A DNA stretch of 64,000 nucleotides from Camelus dromedarius (lineage: Eukaryota): contig NC_087437.1 of the NCBI RefSeq assembly GCF_036321535.1, forward strand, positions 13,890,001 to 13,954,000, in the 5' to 3' direction. This document shows, one piece after another, positions 25,978-38,080 of the stretch. The notes beneath the pieces are model-generated. The model was given only the letters and a program-made list of their open reading frames with translations. It ran no database searches and had not been told where the DNA came from. The translations under genes and the position numbers were made by a program. Every line of letters begins with the position of its first letter. Position 1 is the stretch's first letter.

Positions 25978-26789
25978 GTATTTTTTTTAATTCATCTAGC
26001 TTTTGAAATCCCAGTATATGCAAGGCAAAGTAGTTCATCAAAGAGGAAAAACAAGGATTTATAATTTAGAACTTTAGAATTATGTAACTTAGGAAAAGAC
26101 AACTTTATTTTGTTGCATATTTAAAATAACCTTCATTTAGTTTTTAAATTTCTAAAGAGTATAAAAATGATTACTTGATTTTAAGTGAAAGGCTGAAAAT
26201 GAAGTATGTTTCTCAAACTTATGTTTTTAAAATATTTTAAAATAGCACCTTTCATTGTCATTCTTAAATTGTCGATAATGGCAAGTTACTTTAAAATAAA
26301 TATACTCAAAGATTTTTAAAAGTTAGTACTGTTAGGCTGGTTACTAATTTTACAGTGGAATATGCCTGCATATTTTTATATTACTGTGACTTGGCCGTTG
26401 GTACAAATATCTGTGAGATGCTGTAGCTCATGAACTCCTGTAAGTTAAACCCACTTATAATGCTGTCCTATCATGGACGAATCTGACTTCTTTTACTAAG
26501 CCATTATCATGGAGTGGGCAGTTTTTACCTTCCAGGCAGTTCTCCCATCCTGTTTTAAATGGACTGAGAGCAAATCCGTTTTTAAGGTAGTTGAAACAGT
26601 CTGGCAGTTTTACCACTGTCTGCAGTACAACTTTGTTGAAGTGTTTTCATTTTCTGTAGTATGTCCAGTAACTGTTTCTTCCCATAGAAAGTTTTTGATC
26701 TAAAGTCAACAAGAACAGCATCTTGAGTAAAAGGTTATATTTTCTCCTGTTCTGAATAAGAGGAAAAAATTGATTAGTTAGACTAAGTT

Positions 26790-27399
26790 AGACTAAAACT
26801 TGACACCATTAAGAAAAGGAAATAGCAAACCACCAACAGGAAGAAGATATTTGGAAAACGTAGAGCTGATAAAAGACTTGCATCTAGAATATACAAAGAA
26901 CTCTTATAACTCAACACTGGAAAACCAAAAACCAAATGCTAAACTGACAAAAGATTCATAGACACCTCACCAGAGAAGATATCTGAATGATTTAAAAAAA
27001 AAAAAGCCACATATGAAAAATAATGAGTCATTAGAGAAAAGAAAATTAAAACTACTGCATATCGACTAAAATGGATAACATCAGAAAGACTTGCAGTTCC
27101 AGTTTTTGGCAAGGGTGTGGCGAAACTGAAACTCATATATTTCTGGTTATAATGTAAAATAATAGAACTGGTGTGAAAAATGGTTTGACAAGTTTCCTGA
27201 AAAATTAAACATACAGCTATCATGTGACCCAGCAATTGTGCCCCTAGCTATCTACGAAAGAGAATGAAAGCATGTGTCCACACAAAGACTTGCAGGTGAA
27301 TTTGGTAATAACATTACTTAAAATAGCCAAACTAGAAGGAATCCATATGAGATTATCTATCTGTCTGTCTATCTATCTATCTGTCTGTCTATTTGTCTA

Positions 27400-27487
<88 letters not shown>

Positions 27488-27645
27488 CGGTGGTTTTCAA
27501 TAGACAAAAGTGTTATATATCCATTCAGTTGAATACTCCTCAGCAGTAAAAAGAACTAAACCTTAAACACATGTAATAAGTAAAATAAGCAAGACATGTA
27601 AGGACACGTAAGGCTACATATTAAATGACTTGGTTTCTGTAAATG
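26790..27645 (+). mobile_element. Old L1 (L1ME-like) 3' region, left half; continues at 34750-35000
   Basis: ORF2 C-terminus and 3' UTR motifs (ctagaatatacaaagaactcttataactcaac). Confidence 0.75.
27354..27486. repeat. Compound (TCTG)n/(TCTA)n microsatellite
   Basis: Directly visible. Confidence 0.97.
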
Positions 27646-30416
27646 TTTTTTAACAGACTTATTTTTAGAGTAGTTTTAGGCTAATTATCAGTGTTGAGTA
27701 TCTTTTCATGTGCCTGTTAACCATCTGTATGTCTTTCTTCTTTGGAGAAATGTCTGGTAAGGTCTTCTGCCCATTTTTTTAATTGCTGGGATTTTTGTAG
27801 TTATTGCTGTTGTTGAGTTGTATGAGTTGTTTTCATATTCTGGAATAAGCCCTTTGGGTCACATTGTTTGCAGATATTTTCTCCCAGTCATTAGATTGCC
27901 TTTTTGTTCATGGTTTTCTTTGCTGTGCAAAGGTTTATACATTTAATTAAGTACCTTTGATTAAGTACCATTTGTTTATTTTTACTTTTATTTCTATTTC
28001 CTTGGGAGACTAACTTAGGAAAACATTAATATGATCTATGTCAGAGAATGTTTTGCCTGTGTTCTCTTCTAGGAGTTTTATAGTGTCCTGTCTTATATTT
28101 AAGTCTTTAAGCCATTTTGAGTTTATTTTTGTGTCTGGTGTGAGGGAGTGTTGTAGCTTCATTGATTTACATGTGGCTGTCCAGCTTTCCCCAAACCACT
28201 TACCAAATAGGCTGTCTTTTTTCCATTGTATATTCTTGCCTCCTTTGTCAAAGATTAATTGACTATGTGTGTGGGTTTATTTCCGGGATCTCTATTCTGT
28301 TCTGTTGATCCATGTCTTTTGTTTGTGCCAGCACCATGCTGTTTTGTTAGCTTTGTAGTATTGTCTGAAGTCTGGGAGAGTTATGCCCAGCTTTATTATT
28401 CTTCCTCAGGATTGATTTGGCAATTCTGGGTCCTTTGTGATTCCATATAAATTTCAGGGTTATTCTAGTTCTGTGAAAAATGTCCTGGGAATTTGATAGG
28501 AATCGCATTAAATCTGTAGATTGCTTTGGGTAGTATGGCTATTTTACAATCCAAGAGTATGGAGTATCTTTCCATATCTTTAAATGACCTTTATTTCCTT
28601 TATCAATGTTTTATAGTTGACAGCGTATAAGTTTTCCCTGTTGCGGTCAAGTTTATTCCTAAGAATTTTTTTTTGATGCAATTTTAAAAGGGATAACTTT
28701 TTTACTTTCCTTTCTGATATTTCATTGTTAGTGGAAAGGCAAGCAACAGATTTATGTATATTAATCTTGTATTCTGCTACCTTGCTGAATTTGTTCATCA
28801 GTTCTAGTAGTTTTTATGTAGAGTCTTTAGAGTTTTCTATATAGACTATCATGTCATCTGCAGATAGTGATAGTTTTACCTCTTTTCTTTCAATTTAGAT
28901 ACATTGTATTTATTTTTCTTGTCCGATTGCTATGGCTAGGACTTCCGATACTATGCTGAACAGTAGTGGTGAGAGTGAACATCCTTATCTTGTTCCAGAT
29001 TATAGCGGGAGTGCTTTCACCTTTTTGCTGTTGAGTTTTATGTTGGCTGTGGGTTTGTCATAAATAGCTTTTATTATGTTGAGATATGCTCCCTCTATAC
29101 TGATTTTGGTGAGGGTTTTTTTTTTTTTTTTTTTAAATAGGAATGAACGTTGAAATGTTATCAGGTCCTTTTTCTGCATCTATTGAGATGATCATATGGT
29201 TTTTGTCATTTCTTTTGTTGGTGTGGTATATCACAATGATTGATTTGCATATGTTGAACCATCCTTGTGACCCTGGGATGAATTCAACTTGATCATACAT
29301 AGTGTATGATCTTTTTTATGCGTTGTTGGATTCTGTTTCCTAATATTTTATTGAGAATTTTTGCATCTATATTCATCAAAGATATTGGCCTGTAATTTTC
29401 TTTTTTGTTAGTGTCTTTGGTTTTGGTAGGGTGATAGTGGATTCATAGAATGAATCTGGGAGTGTTCTCTCCTCTTTAGTCTTTTGAAAGAGTTTGAGAA
29501 GGATCAGTGTAAGTTCTTCTTTGTATGTTTGGTAGAATTCCCCAGTAAGCCATCTGGTCCTGGACTTTTGTATGCAGGAAGTTTCTTTCATTACAGATTC
29601 TATTCACTTCTGGTGATTGCTCTTTTCAGAATATCTGCCTCTTCTTGATTCAGTTTTTGTGAGCTGTATGTTTCTAGAAAATTTTCCGTTTCTTTTACGT
29701 TATCCAATTTGTTGGCATAAAATTGTTCATAATGTTCTCTTATGGTTTTTTTGTATTTCTGTGGTACTGGTTGTAATTTGTCCTCTTTCATTTCTTATTT
29801 TGTTTATTTGGGTTCTGTCTTTTCTTTGTGAGACTAGCCAAAGGTTGACAATTTTGTTTACTCTTTCCAAAAACCATGTCCTTCTGTTACTGATTTTTTT
29901 CCTATTTTTTTTAATCTCTTTTATTTCCTCTCTGATCTTCATTATTTCCTTCCTTCTGACTTTAGGTTTTGTTTATTCTTTTTCTAATTCTTTTAAGTGG
30001 TAGGTTAGGTTATTTATTTGAGAGGTGGTGTTTTTTTGTTTGTTTTTTTTTGTTTTTTTTTTTTTTTGGTATCACTGTGAACTTCCATCTTAGGACTGCT
30101 TTTGCTGCATCCCATAGATTTTGTATGGCTGTGATTCCATTATCATTTGTCTCAAGGTATTTTTTAATTTCCTCTTTGATTTCAACATTGACCCATTGGT
30201 TCTTCAGTAGCATGTTGTTTAGTCTCCATATAATCATTTGTTTTGTTTTGTTTTCTTGTTTCTCTTTCTGTGGTTGACTTCTAGCTTCATGTCATTTTGG
30301 TCAGAAAAGATGCTTGAAATAATTTTTATCCTCTTAAATATGTTGAGGCCTGTTTTGTGTCCTAGTATGTTGTCTGTCTTAGCGAATGTGTCATGTGCTC
30401 TTGAAAATAATGTGTA

Positions 30417-30872
30417 CATTCTAAGTGAAGTAAGCCAGAAAGAGAAAGAAAAATACCATATGAGATCGCTCATATGTGGAATCTACAAAACAAAAACAAA
30501 AACAAACAAACAAACAAAAACAAAGCGTAAATAAAGGACAGAAATAGACTCACAGACAGAGAATACAGACTTGTGGTTACCAGGGGGGTGGAGGGTGGGA
30601 AGGGATAGACTGGGATTTCAAAATTGTAGAATAGACTACACTGTATGGCACAGGGAAATATACACAAAATGTTATGATAACTCACAGAGAAAAAAATGTG
30701 ACAATGAGTGTGTATATGTCCATGAATAACTGAAAAATTGTGCTGAACACTGGAATTTGACACAACATTGTAAAATGATTATAAATCAATAAAAAATGTT
30801 AAAAAAAAAAAAAAGAAAAGAAAAGTGCCTGGCACAGAGTAAGCCTTCAAAAAAAAAAGAAAAAAAAAAAAA
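30417..30872 (+). mobile_element. Young 5'-truncated L1 3' end with two A-tails (3' transduction)
   Basis: Perfect TSD GAAAATAATGTGTA at 30403-30416 and 30873-30886. Confidence 0.92.
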
Positions 30873-31970
30873 GAAAATAATGTGTAGTCTGTTTTTCTTG
30901 TTGCTGTTGTTGTTTGTTTTTTGTTTTGGATGTGATGTCCTGAAAATATCAGTTAAATCTAACTGTTCTGTTGTGTCATTTAGAATCTCTGTTACCTTAT
31001 TGATTTTCTGTCTGGAAGATCTCTCCATTAGTGTTAGTGGGATGTTAAAGTATCTTACTATTAAAATCTGTTTTGTCTAATAGAAGTACTGCTTCTTGTC
31101 ATTTCCATTTGCATGAAATATCATCTTCTATCCCCTCACTTTCAATGTGTGTCCTTTGTCCTAAAGTGTGTCTCTTGTGGGCAGCATATTATAGACTCCT
31201 ATTTTATTATCCAGTCTTCCATCTGCGTTTTTTGATTTGAGCATTTAGTCCATTGACATTTAAGGTAATTATTGATAGATATGTATTTATTGCCATTTTG
31301 AATATTGTTTTCCAGTTGATTTTAAATTTCTACTTTGTTCCTTTGTTTTTGTTTTTCCTTTTGTGGTTTGATGATTTTCTTTTGTATTATGCTTGAGTTC
31401 CCTTCTTGTTGGTTTTTGTACCTTTACTGTATGTTTTTGATTTGTGGTTACCCTGTTTTTCAAGTATTACCCATTACTGTATCTCCTTGCTTTAGACTGG
31501 TCATCATATAAGCTCAAGCATATTCTTTAAAAAATAAAATAAAAACAAAAAATACTACATTTTCTTACTGCCGTATTTTATGATTTTGATATCCTCTTTT
31601 ACATCTTCATGTTTATCCTTTTGCTGTTTATTATCATTTTTCCAGTTGTGATTTTTCTTTTTCCTGTAGACTCTTGTTTTTCTATTTAGGGTATACCATG
31701 CAGTATTTCTTTTAGGATAGGTTTGGTATAGCTGTATTTTAGTTTTTGCTTGTCTGAGAAATTGTTTATTTCTCCATCTATTCTAAAATATAGTATTGCT
31801 TGGTAGAGTATACTAGGTTGCAGGTTTTTCCCTTCCTGGACTTTGAATATATGTTGCCACTCCCTTCTGGCCTGCAATGTTTCTGTAGAGAAATCAGCTG
31901 ATAGCCTTATGGGGGTTCTCTTGTGACTAACTTTTTTTCTCTTGCTGCCTTTAGAATCCTCTCTTTTAAT

Positions 31971-32075
31971 TTCTAATTTTTTGAGGGAAGGAGAGGTAAT
32001 TAGATTTATCCACTTATTTATCATTTTTCATGGAGGTACTGGGGATTGAACCCAGGACCACATGCATGCTAGGCA
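31971..32075 (-). mobile_element. 5'-truncated tRNA-Ala-derived SINE inserted into L1 ORF1
   Basis: Only the B-box half and tail are present; TSD ttagaatcctctctttt (31951) / ttaaaatcctctcttt (32076). Confidence 0.85.
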
Positions 32076-34132
32076 TTAAAATCCTCTCTTTAACTTTTGA
32101 CATCTTAATTATAAAATGTCTTGGTGTAGGTCTTTTTGGGCTCATCTTGTTTGGAACCTGGGTATCTGTTTCCTTTTTTAGGTTTGGGAAGTTTTCAGCC
32201 ATAATTTCTTCGAACACATTTTCAATCCTGTTTTCTCTTTCTTTTCTTTCAGGAGTCCCTATTATATAATAATTGACTTGCTTTATGTTGTCCCATAGGT
32301 CTTGTATCTTGCTTTCATTTTTTTTTTTTAATTTGTCTTTCTGTCTGCTGTTCTGATTGGGTGATTTCCATTATTCTGTCTCCCAGATCACATATTCATT
32401 CTTCTGCATTATTTAGTTTGCCATTTTTATTGCCTTTCACTCAACTTTTGTCTTTGCAAATGAGTTTTCTAATTTTAATTGTCTCTTCTTTATAGTTTCT
32501 AGTTCATTGTTACAGTGATCTGCATTTTATTGATAGCCTTTCTTAATTCCTTTATTATTTTTATTATCTCCTTTTGGAACTTGATATCTGTTAGACTGGA
32601 GAGTTCGGTTTCATTGTTTGTTCTTTCAGGGGATTTCTCTTGTTCTTTTAATTGGAAGTGGGTCCTCTGCTTCTTCATTTTTCTTCCATTTCTCTGGCTC
32701 TATGAATTTAAGAGAAGCAGTTATCTACTGTGGTCTTGAAGGGCTAGTTTTATGTGCAGCATCCCTATGTAGTGTGGGTAAGTCTAACATTTTTTTTGTG
32801 TTAGGGCTGTTTTTAGTATGGGTGCCTGTAAAGTTTTTTCTTCTTGTGTGCTGGCTGTTACCCCTTTGATAGAGGGCGTGATTGATGTTGTGGTGACCAG
32901 ATCCTGCACTAGATGTTGAGTTGGTGGCCTTGTCTTAGCTCTGTAGTTGTCACAGTCCTGTCATGGGTAGTAGCATCTGTTCCCCAGTTGTTGGAGTAGA
33001 AGCTGTCAGATCCTTTTCTGAGCTGTGGTGTGAGGTAGGTGGGTCTGGAGTGCTTCTGCTGGAAGAGGTGCCACTGCGTGTTCCTCTGAGCTGTCCACTG
33101 GGACATGTGCTCTCTGATGTTACCTGTCACCCATTGTGTATGCTCACAGAGTACACTGTTGTTGGCACTGCCTCTCCTCCTGCCTCAGCCATGGGAATGC
33201 AGGCAGTCAGCTCAGATGCCCCTCATGGTGCTGTGCTCACAAAGCCACCAGCACAGATCCATTGGCATAGATCCACTGGAGTAAGGTGCTGGGACCTGCC
33301 ATGGGAGCTAAGGAGTCAGCCTGGAGGCTAGCCCCACCTCTGTGTGTGCACCCGTGGTGTCTGCAGCTGCTAACACAGGACCTGCTCCAGCTGTGAGAGG
33401 ACCAATAATCTGCTTGGATGTCCTGCTGGCACTGAATTTACAGTGGATGGTGAGGTGAATCCGCTTTCCTGCTCTCAGAGCTTATGTGGGCAGAGCCATG
33501 GCCACTGTGGGCACGCCAGGAAGGAGACTGCTATGGTGGGATCCCAGCCCGCCCTTCGGTTCTCCTGTTAATGATGGGACTTTTATACCTGACTCAGGCT
33601 CCATCTTGCATCCACTCCCAGTTGCAGCCTGGCATGCTCCAGCCTCTTCGGGCTGTCTTGACACAGCCGTCGTCTCCCCAGGTCTGTCTGCTGAAGCCCG
33701 AGTTTCAGCACCCATTTCCTGCACACAACAGCAGAAACGTCTAGGGCTGGGGAGCGCAGGGCGGTGTTGAGGACAGTGTGCCCTGGTCTCTCTCTGTTCT
33801 TTTTGCCCCAAGCCAGCTGCTACTCTCTCCTCTGAGCCTCTGAAGCTCCCCTCTGCCCCGGCTGATCTCCCAGCTGTTGTAGGGGGTTCCCAGGGTGAGG
33901 GAACCGTCCTTCCTTCACAGCTCCCTCCCAGGGGCCCGGGTCCTGATTCTTTTTCTTTTCTTTTGGTCATACCCGAATAGGTGGTATTCTTTGTTGCACT
34001 TTTGATTGTATGATATCTGCTAGAGCTCGGTAGGTATTCTTTGAGAATTGTTCCACGTGTAGGTGTATTTTTGACGTGTTTATGGCAGGAGGTGAGCTCC
34101 ACATCCTTCTGTTCTGTCATCTTGATCTCTCC

Positions 34133-34750
34133 AGTTTATTTCTTTTTAGCACTGAATAATATTCTATTGTCTGGTTTATTTATCTACACATCTCTGAAAG
34201 ACATTGTGGTTGCTCCAAGTTTTGGCAGTTATGAATGAAGCTCCTGTAAACATCTGTGTGCAGGTTTTGTTTGTATGTGAGTTTTAAACTCCTTTGGGTA
34301 AATACAAAGGAATGTGGTCATGTGGTAAGAGGATGTTGAGTTTTGTAAGAAACTGCCAAACTGTCTTCCAAAAGTGGCTGTATCATTTTGCATTCCAGCT
34401 GGCAATGAATGAAAGTTCCTGTTGCTCCACAGTCTTGTCAGCATTTGGTATTGTCATTGTTACAGATGATGGTCATTCTAACACTGGTGTAGTGGTTTCT
34501 TGTTTTAATTATCATTTCCCTGATGTCGTATGATGTAGAGCATCTTTCCATAAGCTTATTTGCCATCTGTGTATCTTCTTTGTTGAAATCTCTGCTAAGG
34601 ATCTTTTTTTTTTTTTTAATTGGATTGTTTTTCTTATTGCTGAATTTTAACTAAGAGTTCTTTGTATATTTTGAGTAATAGTCCTTTATCAGATATGTCT
34701 TTTGTAAATATTTGCTCCCAGCCTGTGGCTTGTCTTTTCATCTTCTTGAT
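34133..34750 (-). mobile_element. L1MC1-like fragment; its 3' tip is at 27646-27681
   Basis: Reverse complement matches the L1MC-like copy at ~11740-12383. Confidence 0.85.
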
Positions 34751-35000
34751 GAAATTTCTTGAAAAAGTGAAACCATAGGGACAGAAGCAGATTAAGTAGT
34801 TGCCTGAGGCTGGAGAGTTTTTTTGCAGGTGGGCACAAGGAGACGTTTTGGAGTGATGGAAGTACACCAAAACTGGTTTGTGGTGGTGATTGCACAGCTA
34901 TATAAGTTCATTAAAGATTACCAAACTGTACATTCTAATTGACTTTTATGATTTATAAAACTGTAACCTCAGTAAACATGTTAAAAATAATCTTAAAATT
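34751..35000 (+). mobile_element. Old L1 (L1ME-like) 3' end, right half
   Basis: aaaccatagggacagaagcagattaagtagttgcc...ttttatgatttataaa. Confidence 0.7.
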
Positions 35001-35245
35001 AAAAAATAACGGAAAACAGTAAAGCTCCAGTGCCTTAGTAATTGTGCACAATATGTGACAGTAAAGTGAATTGCTCGTTTTGGTGCATCAGACTGTCTCC
35101 TAGAGCCCCTGTCCTTTTGTGCTTCCCTTGTCCCCAGAGTGCCCCCTCTGAGCAGGTTACCTGCTAAAGGGCCGATGCTGCCTTCTGAATCAAAGTTTCT
35201 CTTAGTTATCCATTTTAAAGTCTTTTTATTTTTAACCTTGCGTAG

Positions 35246-35412
35246 AGATTCCTTATTAGCAAGTTTGCTGGATGGAGTAAGAGCCTCTGGTAACAGAGAT
35301 GTTTGTGTAAAAATGACACCCACTCATAAAGGTCAGCGATGGGGGTTACTGAGCATGCCTGTTGAGGAGGAGGTAGAGAGCCTTCATCTCAGATTCTTGG
35401 CTGCACCTCCAA
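35246..35412 (+). CDS. DNAJC13: DNAJC13 exon 10: [23 protein letters not shown]...LRFLAAPP
   Basis: gcgtag|A ... CCAA|gtaagt; 167 nt. Confidence 0.96.
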
Positions 35413-35520
35413 GTAAGTATTGACTTCAATGTGATTGCATTTCCATCCGTCTATTTAGTAATAATACAAGAATTCCAGTGCGGATCTCTAAATCTTCTTA
35501 AACCTTTCATCTCCTTACAG

Positions 35521-35600
35521 ATGGCAACTTTGCAGATGCTGTATTCCGGTTCAACGCTAACATCTCATACAGTGGAGTTCTGCACGCAGTAACGCAGGAT
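35521..35600 (+). CDS. DNAJC13: DNAJC13 exon 11: [27 protein letters not shown]
   Basis: ccttacag|AT ... GAT|gtaaga; 80 nt. Confidence 0.96.
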
Positions 35601-35686
35601 GTAAGATAAATTGTATCATAACTTGTTCACTGACTGTCACTAACTTTTGGTGTGGAAACTTTTTTGAAATGTTCTTCCTCACCTAG

Positions 35687-35856
35687 GGTCTCTTCTCAGA
35701 AAACAAAGAAAAGCTGATCAATAACGCCATAACAGCGTTATTGTCCCAAGAGGGAGATGTTGTTGCTTCAAATGCAGAACTTGAGAGTCAGTTCCAGGCC
35801 GTGAGGAGGCTTGTGGCTTCCAAAGCTGGTTTTCTAGCCTTTACTCAGCTTCCAAA
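35687..35856 (+). CDS. DNAJC13: DNAJC13 exon 12: [19 protein letters not shown]...FLAFTQLPK
   Basis: cacctag|GGT ... AA|gtaagt; 170 nt. Confidence 0.96.
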
Positions 35857-36301
35857 GTAAGTTGTCTTCATTTTATTCAGAGAATTTGAACAAGTCAAAA
35901 TAGCAAATAATTAGCAGTTTAACTCTATATAAAGACTAAAGCCTAGTACTTTGTAATATGGTGATACAGTAGTTTTTAGTCATGAGAAATAAAAAAGGAA
36001 GGTGAATGGAACTGACTTATTTATCCATTCACCCGTGATTTTACTGACTCTTGTTTTAGTGAATTTGAATGCAAAACCACAGGCCTTTTAGTTTTAATTA
36101 ACCTTAAAAAAAAAAAAAACTTCCCCTCAAAGAGAAAAATTATTATGAAAACTATGTTCCAGGGGTGGGATTCAAAGTATGTAATTGCTGTAGTAAAGCA
36201 ATGGAAACGTAAATGGCTTATTACGTTTTAATAATAGAATACATAATACAATACTACTCTGACATTGCTACTGTATGCTTGTTTTTTTTTTGTTCCACAA
36301 G

Positions 36302-36401
36302 GTTTCGGGAGCGTCTAGGAGTGAAGGTAGTAAAAGCTCTCAAGAGGAGCAACAATGGAGTAATCCATGCAGCTGTCGATATGCTTTGTGCCCTCATGTG
36401 T
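36302..36401 (+). CDS. DNAJC13: DNAJC13 exon 13: [33 protein letters not shown]
   Basis: ccacaag|G ... TGT|gtaagt; 100 nt. Confidence 0.96.
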
Positions 36402-36524
36402 GTAAGTACTAGAGCTTTTAAGGAGACTGGTTTTGCTTATGTGGACTGATGGTTCAGATTTCCACAAACTTGGATTTTCATTGTACCAATTTAATTCTGT
36501 ATTTCCTAACTTGGTCTCCTAGCC

Positions 36525-37245
36525 ATTTACTTACTTAAATAAACATTTGTTTAGCACAGCCTATAAAGTTGGCACTGTGCTATGTGTTAGAAATACATAG
36601 ATTTTAAGACCAAGTTCTTCCTTGAAATTGGTGACAGTCTGGTAAGGTAGGCATGTGTATACATAAAGTATTAGGAGCCATGGGATCCCTAAAAAGCAAT
36701 ACTTAATTTTGGTTTTGTGGTGAGGAGAAGATAAAATGTTTTAGGCCAATCTTTCTGGAAGATGTTACACTTGATCTGAATCTTGAAAGGCAGACAGGTA
36801 TTTTCTGGCTGTGAGAAGGCTTTTAAAAGCATATATTTGGGAAGCAGCAAATAATTGAATATGACTGGGGCATAATGTATGTTAGGGGCACATGGGATTG
36901 GGAGTTGCACTTAGAGATGTGTTCAGAGACAGTCACAAAAAGCCTTTTGCATCAGACAGAGAGTCTGGATAATATTAGATATGTACCCTTTAGTAAGGAA
37001 CAGCTGAAAGATTTTTTCAACAGGGGAGTGGTAACATACCAGGTTTGAATTTTAGAAAGCTGATGGGTGGTATGTGGAGTGTAGATTACAGGTCAGGTTA
37101 GAGGCAGGTAGACCAAATTATCATGTAAGAAATGAGCTGCTGAGATATGGGGTAAAGAAGGCATGTTTGAAAGCTGAGAAATAAAGATCTAACTTGATGG
37201 GGATGGGGGGAAGCAACTGGTCAGTATAACTCTGAAGTTTCTGAT
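36525..37245 (-). mobile_element. L2 remnant
   Basis: taaataaacatttgtttagcac...tggcactgtgctatgtgtt; ttgatctgaatcttgaaagg. Confidence 0.7.
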
Positions 37246-37439
37246 TCATCCCAATTTTGTATATAGTATATGGGACTTTATCTCCTTATATGAAGTGTTT
37301 TAGGCAGACTTAGTGGTATAGAATAAACATAAGTAATCACTTGTATAAAACCTTACAATAATTCCCCAAAATGAGTTGTACTGTTTTTCCTACAAGTAAT
37401 TCCATTAAAACAGTTAGTGGAATAACTGGAACATAAAAT

Positions 37440-37680
37440 AACGGTAAGAAGTAAACACATTGAGCCCTCATTACATATTAGATGTTGGCTGTGTATTTTA
37501 CACGAATTATCTCATTTAAGCTTCAGAATAGCTCAATGGGATAAGTACTATTATTCCAACTTTGCAGCTGAGGAAAATCAAACTCGGAGAGTTAAAATAA
37601 TTTAACTGTGCCTAAGGTCACCCATAGTCAGTAGCAGAATCAGGATTTGATCTTTACTCCTAAAATCCTGAAATCCTTTT
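37440..37680 (-). mobile_element. MIR SINE remnant
   Basis: tttgcagctgaggaaaatc...cctaaggtcacccatag...caggatttga. Confidence 0.75.
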
Positions 37681-38080
37681 TATGCTTTTAGTTTATTTCA
37701 GCAGTCAAAAGAGATCCTCTTGACAAGGAAGTATTTGCTAATTTTAGTACTTTTAAATGTTAATTTTTATCATTTTAAATTTAAATTATCAAATTGAAGA
37801 AGGAAGAATGGGTGTTACCTGCCTTTTAAGAAAGAGGTCTGTGACTTTTGAAGGGAGTTCCTTGTGCAGTGCTGTCTGCAGTTTCTTGTTGGGCAGATTA
37901 TCCATGAAGTCTCAGACCCAAGGGAAATCATCACTTCTGCCTGTTTGTCATGTCACAAGTTTCCTCTTCTGCCCTAAACTTTAAAGTATTTTAATTCTTC
38001 CAGTGTTTAATGAGTACTCTTTATAAATGCCTTTTGTGTAATGTCACTGCTCATGAATTATCACTGTTTTTAATCAATAG

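Larger units (their letters stand above)
27682..34132 (-). mobile_element. Near-full-length decayed L1: 5' UTR ~32740-34132, ORF1 ~31700-32730, ORF2 from ATG at 31296; 3' end missing
   Basis: 5' end GGAGAGATCAAGATG; ORF1 remnant PIRLSADFSTETLQARREW; ORF2 start MAINTYLSIITLNVNGLNA; many stops and frameshifts. Confidence 0.93.

Noticed and set aside
27272..27532. ORF with LSIY/LSVC repeats
   Set aside because: It is the translation of the TCTA/TCTG microsatellite.
33482..34120. 212-aa minus-strand ORF as a novel gene
   Set aside because: It lies wholly within the GC-rich L1 5' UTR, has no recognisable domain, and long open frames are expected at that GC content.
27682..34132. Active full-length L1
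   Set aside because: ORF1 and ORF2 are fragmented by stops, frameshifts, two nested insertions and a gap in the endonuclease region, and the 3' end is missing.
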